A DNA stretch of 29,872 nt. Origin: a virus (Duplodnaviria > Caudoviricetes). Location: the IMG/VR virus record IMGVR_UViG_3300046789_000071, positions 1 to 29,872 of that record; one strand, written 5' to 3'. The first letter of the stretch is position 1, and every line of letters begins with the position of its first letter. The notes under the pieces were generated by a model. That model made no database searches. It worked only from the letters and a program-made list of their open reading frames with translations, and was not told where the DNA came from. Below, in pieces: positions 26,896 to 29,872 of the stretch. The position numbers and the translations under genes are program-made.

Positions 26896-28106
26896 GTGTT
26901 ACGCAGTGGAACGGGCTGCTTCTCAAGCCCCGCACGCATCTCTTTGTGTAGTCTGTCAACACCTCTCGATGCGTAGTGACTCGTGGTCGTTTGCACGTCG
27001 TCGTGGCCGAGCATCTCGGACACTTTCTCGATCGGCCACTCGTGACCGCTCGCGAAGAACGTGCCCTTGAGCAAGTGCGTCGCGCAGGTGTGTCTGAGAT
27101 GCATGAAGTGAATGTGGTCGCGAATGCTGGCGAGTGTCCGGTACCCGGTGCGCACAACTATCTCGCCGTTCTTGCGGCGTCGCTTGTCCGTCCACCGAGC
27201 GTTCGAACTATCGCAGCGGATGCCGCCGTCATCGCCGGGGAACACCACGCCGGCAATCGGCGCAGCCGGCAAGCTGTCTCGATACCGGCGCAGCGCGGCG
27301 ACCAGCTGCGGCAACATCGGGATCTCACGTTGCGAGCTCTGCGTTTTCGTGGGCGCGTCGTACGACCAGCGGATGTGCAGCTCGGGCTCGTCGCCGTCCA
27401 GGCGGACAACGTTCTCCCAACGCAGCCCCCAAATCTCGTCGACGCGCAGCCCGGCGTAGATGCCGAGCGCATACACGGCACGGTGCTCGTCGATGAGCTC
27501 GGGCAGGGCGAAGAGCCGATCGATCTCGTCCGCGTGCAGGTGCGGTTTGCGGTCGCCGTCCACTCGCTGCTTGATCTTGCGGACCTTTGGGATCTTGGTC
27601 CCGCGTGCCGGGTTGCCTGTGGGCAGTCCGGGCACCGTGTCGAAGAAGAGGGACAGGCGCGAGCGGACCTTCTGCGGCGTCCGCTCACCGATGCGCCGAC
27701 CGGTGTCGACCTTCTCCGCGCCGCCCCCTGCGAGCGGCGCATGGTGCAGCGCCGGCTTCTTCACAATCTCGTCGAGCAACTGCTGGACGTGCTCGCGCCG
27801 GATGTCCTTCGCGCGCATGCGATAGAACTTGGCCGGCCGGATGTGTCGGTCCCACAGCGACCACTCCTTATCGAACATGCTGACGTTGCCGCGGCGCTTA
27901 CGGTGCAGCTGCTCTTCGTTCTGCATGTACGCCTCACCGAGCTCGCCGAACGTGTCGCCTGTCCGCTTCGCATCGTCAATCAGCGCTGCTTCGATGACGC
28001 GCCACGCTTGCTCTTCACTGTCGAAGGAGCCGAGGCGTTCGCGTCCGATACGCGCAAGGTACTTGTCGCCGCGCCGCTCGACGGCGCCGGTCTTCTTTCT
28101 GGGCAT
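26880..28106 (-). CDS. int: Tyrosine integrase
   Basis: AGLRVDE (R), TKT (K), HLRHT (HxxR), LGH, SHY (Y); AGGAG RBS. Confidence 0.95.
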   Translation of the reverse strand: MPRKKTGAVERRGDKYLARIGRERLGSFDSEEQAWRVIEAALIDDAKRTGDTFGELGEAYMQNEEQLHRKRRGNVSMFDKEWSLWDRHIRPAKFYRMRAKDIRREHVQQLLDEIVKKPALHHAPLAGGGAEKVDTGRRIGERTPQKVRSRLSLFFDTVPGLPTGNPARGTKIPKVRKIKQRVDGDRKPHLHADEIDRLFALPELIDEHRAVYALGIYAGLRVDEIWGLRWENVVRLDGDEPELHIRWSYDAPTKTQSSQREIPMLPQLVAALRRYRDSLPAAPIAGVVFPGDDGGIRCDSSNARWTDKRRRKNGEIVVRTGYRTLASIRDHIHFMHLRHTCATHLLKGTFFASGHEWPIEKVSEMLGHDDVQTTTSHYASRGVDRLHKEMRAGLEKQPVPLRNTKNPR

Positions 28107-28107
28107 G

Positions 28108-28353
28108 CTAGAAAACTCCTTTGCGCGCTCGTCGCGCGCGTACTAGCTCGAAGTCCGCAGCTGTTGGCTGCGCTTTCTTATTCTGCCGAACCGCCGGCTC
28201 AACGCAAGGGCCCGCAACGGTCTCAGTCACCGCCGCCGCCTTGGCGACCCTGCGCATGATTTTGTGGAAGAGCAGGTCAGCGACGCGCTGCGCTAGGCGT
28301 TCGACGTCCGCGTCGGACAGCGTGTGAGAGGTGTCGTTATCGTTCGCTGCCAC
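28108..28353 (-). CDS. Small protein upstream of int (possible directionality factor)
   Basis: GAGGGG RBS plus GTG; stop 1 nt before the int ATG. Position only; no clear winged-helix Xis motif. Confidence 0.5.
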   Translation of the reverse strand: MAANDNDTSHTLSDADVERLAQRVADLLFHKIMRRVAKAAAVTETVAGPCVEPAVRQNKKAQPTAADFELVRARRARKGVF

Positions 28354-28369
28354 GGCCGCCCCCTCGCTG

Positions 28370-29242
28370 TTAGTTGTCCTCGTCGCGCTTCTTCGTGCCG
28401 GTCTCGAACAGACCAAGCTGTCCGTCGTGCTCGGCGAGAGCGTGCCGAGCGGCGCGAAGTCCGCCCAGCTTGCGAATCACGTCGACCTCCCGAGCGCGCA
28501 ACACAGCGAGCGCGTCGGACAGCTGCGACACCGGGAGCATCCGCCACGGCTTGCCCTTCGTTCCCCAACGCAGCACTTCGGCGAGATGGTTGCGGATGCC
28601 GGCCGATGCGCGCTCAACCGGCGTCCGGACACGTCGCCGTGCTCCTGTGAGGGAGAGCGCTTGGCCGGCACGGCGCTGACGCATCGGCTTGTCCGGCCAG
28701 TCGCCTGCGAGCACCTCGAGCAGCGCTTGGCGCTTGATCGCCATCGTTAGCGCGTCGTACTGCGAGTCGGAGATGATGGCGCCCGGCGTGGCGTTCGTGT
28801 TAGCCGGGATGGTCATTGCCTGCTCGATGAGCTGCTCGAGCCGGCCGAGGCGATCGGACAGGTTGGCGTAGTCGGCCGGAGTCGACCGTCCGATCAGGCG
28901 CTCACGGAGCACGCGCGTTGCCCAGATCCGGAACTCGGTGCCGCGACGGGACTTCACCCGGTAGCCGACGGAGATGATCGCGTCGAGGTTGTACAACGTG
29001 ACCGTGCGCCGCTTGCCGTCGCCAGCAACGTACAAGGATTCCTTGTGAGTTGAATCCTGCGTGATCTCGCCGTCCTTGAGAGCGTTGCTCAGGTGAAGCG
29101 CCGCGTTCTGCTGCGTCGTCGTGTACAGCTCGCCGATCTGCGACTGCGTCAACCACAGGTCGTCGCGGTCGACCGCGACACGCAGTGATATCAATCCGTC
29201 GCCGCTCTTGAACTCAACAACTTCCGCTGATTGCTCACTCAT
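28370..29242 (-). CDS. RhuM-family N-terminal domain protein (antirepressor-like architecture)
   Basis: LWLTQSQIGELY...YNLDAIISVGYRVKSRRGTEFRIWATRVL is the RhuM signature; GGAGG RBS; unrelated C-terminus. Confidence 0.82.
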   Translation of the reverse strand: MSEQSAEVVEFKSGDGLISLRVAVDRDDLWLTQSQIGELYTTTQQNAALHLSNALKDGEITQDSTHKESLYVAGDGKRRTVTLYNLDAIISVGYRVKSRRGTEFRIWATRVLRERLIGRSTPADYANLSDRLGRLEQLIEQAMTIPANTNATPGAIISDSQYDALTMAIKRQALLEVLAGDWPDKPMRQRRAGQALSLTGARRRVRTPVERASAGIRNHLAEVLRWGTKGKPWRMLPVSQLSDALAVLRAREVDVIRKLGGLRAARHALAEHDGQLGLFETGTKKRDEDN

Positions 29243-29266
29243 AGTTCTAACCCTCCCTATCGAACC

Positions 29267-29506
29267 TCACACTTCACTCCTCAGCTTCACCTCAAGCTCG
29301 TCCACGCTCGCCGCACTAAGCACGCCCTGCAGGATCTTCACCGCGCCGTCCTCGAAGACTCCGGACGCCACAATCAACCGCGGACGCGCGCTCGACGCCG
29401 ACTTCCGTCCGAGCACGAAGAACCCGCGCCGTCCGCGCCGCAGTGTGCCGACCGCCGCCGATAGGCCGCGCTCGAGCTCTACCCACGTCGGCCGGGCCGA
29501 TGTCAT
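29267..29506 (-). CDS. Hypothetical protein
   Basis: ATGA-coupled with the upstream gene; GGAGG RBS. Confidence 0.6.
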   Translation of the reverse strand: MTSARPTWVELERGLSAAVGTLRRGRRGFFVLGRKSASSARPRLIVASGVFEDGAVKILQGVLSAASVDELEVKLRSEV

Positions 29507-29652
29507 GTCCGCCTCCGGCCGGAGGCGTTGCGCTCGATGAGCTTGGCCTCGCGCTGTTTCCAGTAACGCTCTCGCCGGCGCGCACGGATCCTGTCGCGGT
29601 GCGCCTCGTAGTAGCGCTGGTTGTTTACCCGGCGACGGTCGGCCGTGCTCAT
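29503..29652 (-). CDS. Small Arg-rich helical protein
   Basis: MSTADRRRVNNQRYYEAHRDRIRARRRERYW...; ATGA overlaps at both ends. Confidence 0.6.
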   Translation of the reverse strand: MSTADRRRVNNQRYYEAHRDRIRARRRERYWKQREAKLIERNASGRRRT

Positions 29653-29872
29653 TTCGGCCTCACCTTCAAACACCCGACGCACTCCGGCTGTGGCCGGACA
29701 TCGATAGCTATCTCTGCAACGTGTCCGCGTGCGCAGCGGCACCGTGCGTACTCGATGCCGTCACGCTCGCCGAGCTCGGCGACGATCGACCAGTTCGCGG
29801 GGAGCGGCTCTGCCTCCTTACGCTTCGCCTCTTTGACCCTGTACTTCGCCTGGTAGCGGCAGCGCTGCTTCT
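29649..29872 (-). CDS. Partial CDS (runs off the window), putative Zn-binding
   Basis: ...EYARCRCARGHVAEIAIDVRPQPECVGCLKVRPK*; stop overlaps the next ATG. Confidence 0.6.
   Translation of the reverse strand, partial: KQRCRYQAKYRVKEAKRKEAEPLPANWSIVAELGERDGIEYARCRCARGHVAEIAIDVRPQPECVGCLKVRPK

Larger units (their letters stand above)
1..29872. mobile_element. Temperate myovirus genome segment, probably non-integrated (attP) form
   Basis: Continuous terminase-head-tail-baseplate-fibre synteny and a tyrosine integrase. Phage-like genes lie on both sides of the att core, and I see no host housekeeping genes. Confidence 0.93.

Noticed and set aside
26976-28259. 427-aa + strand ORF
   Set aside because: Antisense shadow of int, expected in high-GC3 DNA; no motifs or RBS.

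Overview
The whole window is one high-GC temperate phage segment with a contractile tail (myovirus). From left to right it holds: a leftward terminase pair; a rightward, tightly coupled virion operon (Mu-like portal and capsid, S49 protease/scaffold, sheath, tube, frameshifted chaperone, tape measure, baseplate, several fibre genes) closed by a strong terminator; a ~4.3 kb accessory/regulatory region; an apparently intact attP; a tyrosine integrase; and leftward early genes including a RhuM-domain protein. The most striking observation is the attP: it carries only the 5' half of a tRNA-Arg(UCU), and the adjacent integrase uses AGA, the codon that tRNA reads, at codon 3 and at its catalytic HxxR arginine. 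This suggests a tRNA-coupled integration circuit. A second observation is a conserved RNA leader hairpin repeated in front of three neighbouring accessory genes, next to a structured intergenic RNA. Product calls come from motifs and synteny read by eye; no database searches were run. A myxobacterial-type host is only a guess from codon style and a Cys-rich lipoprotein.
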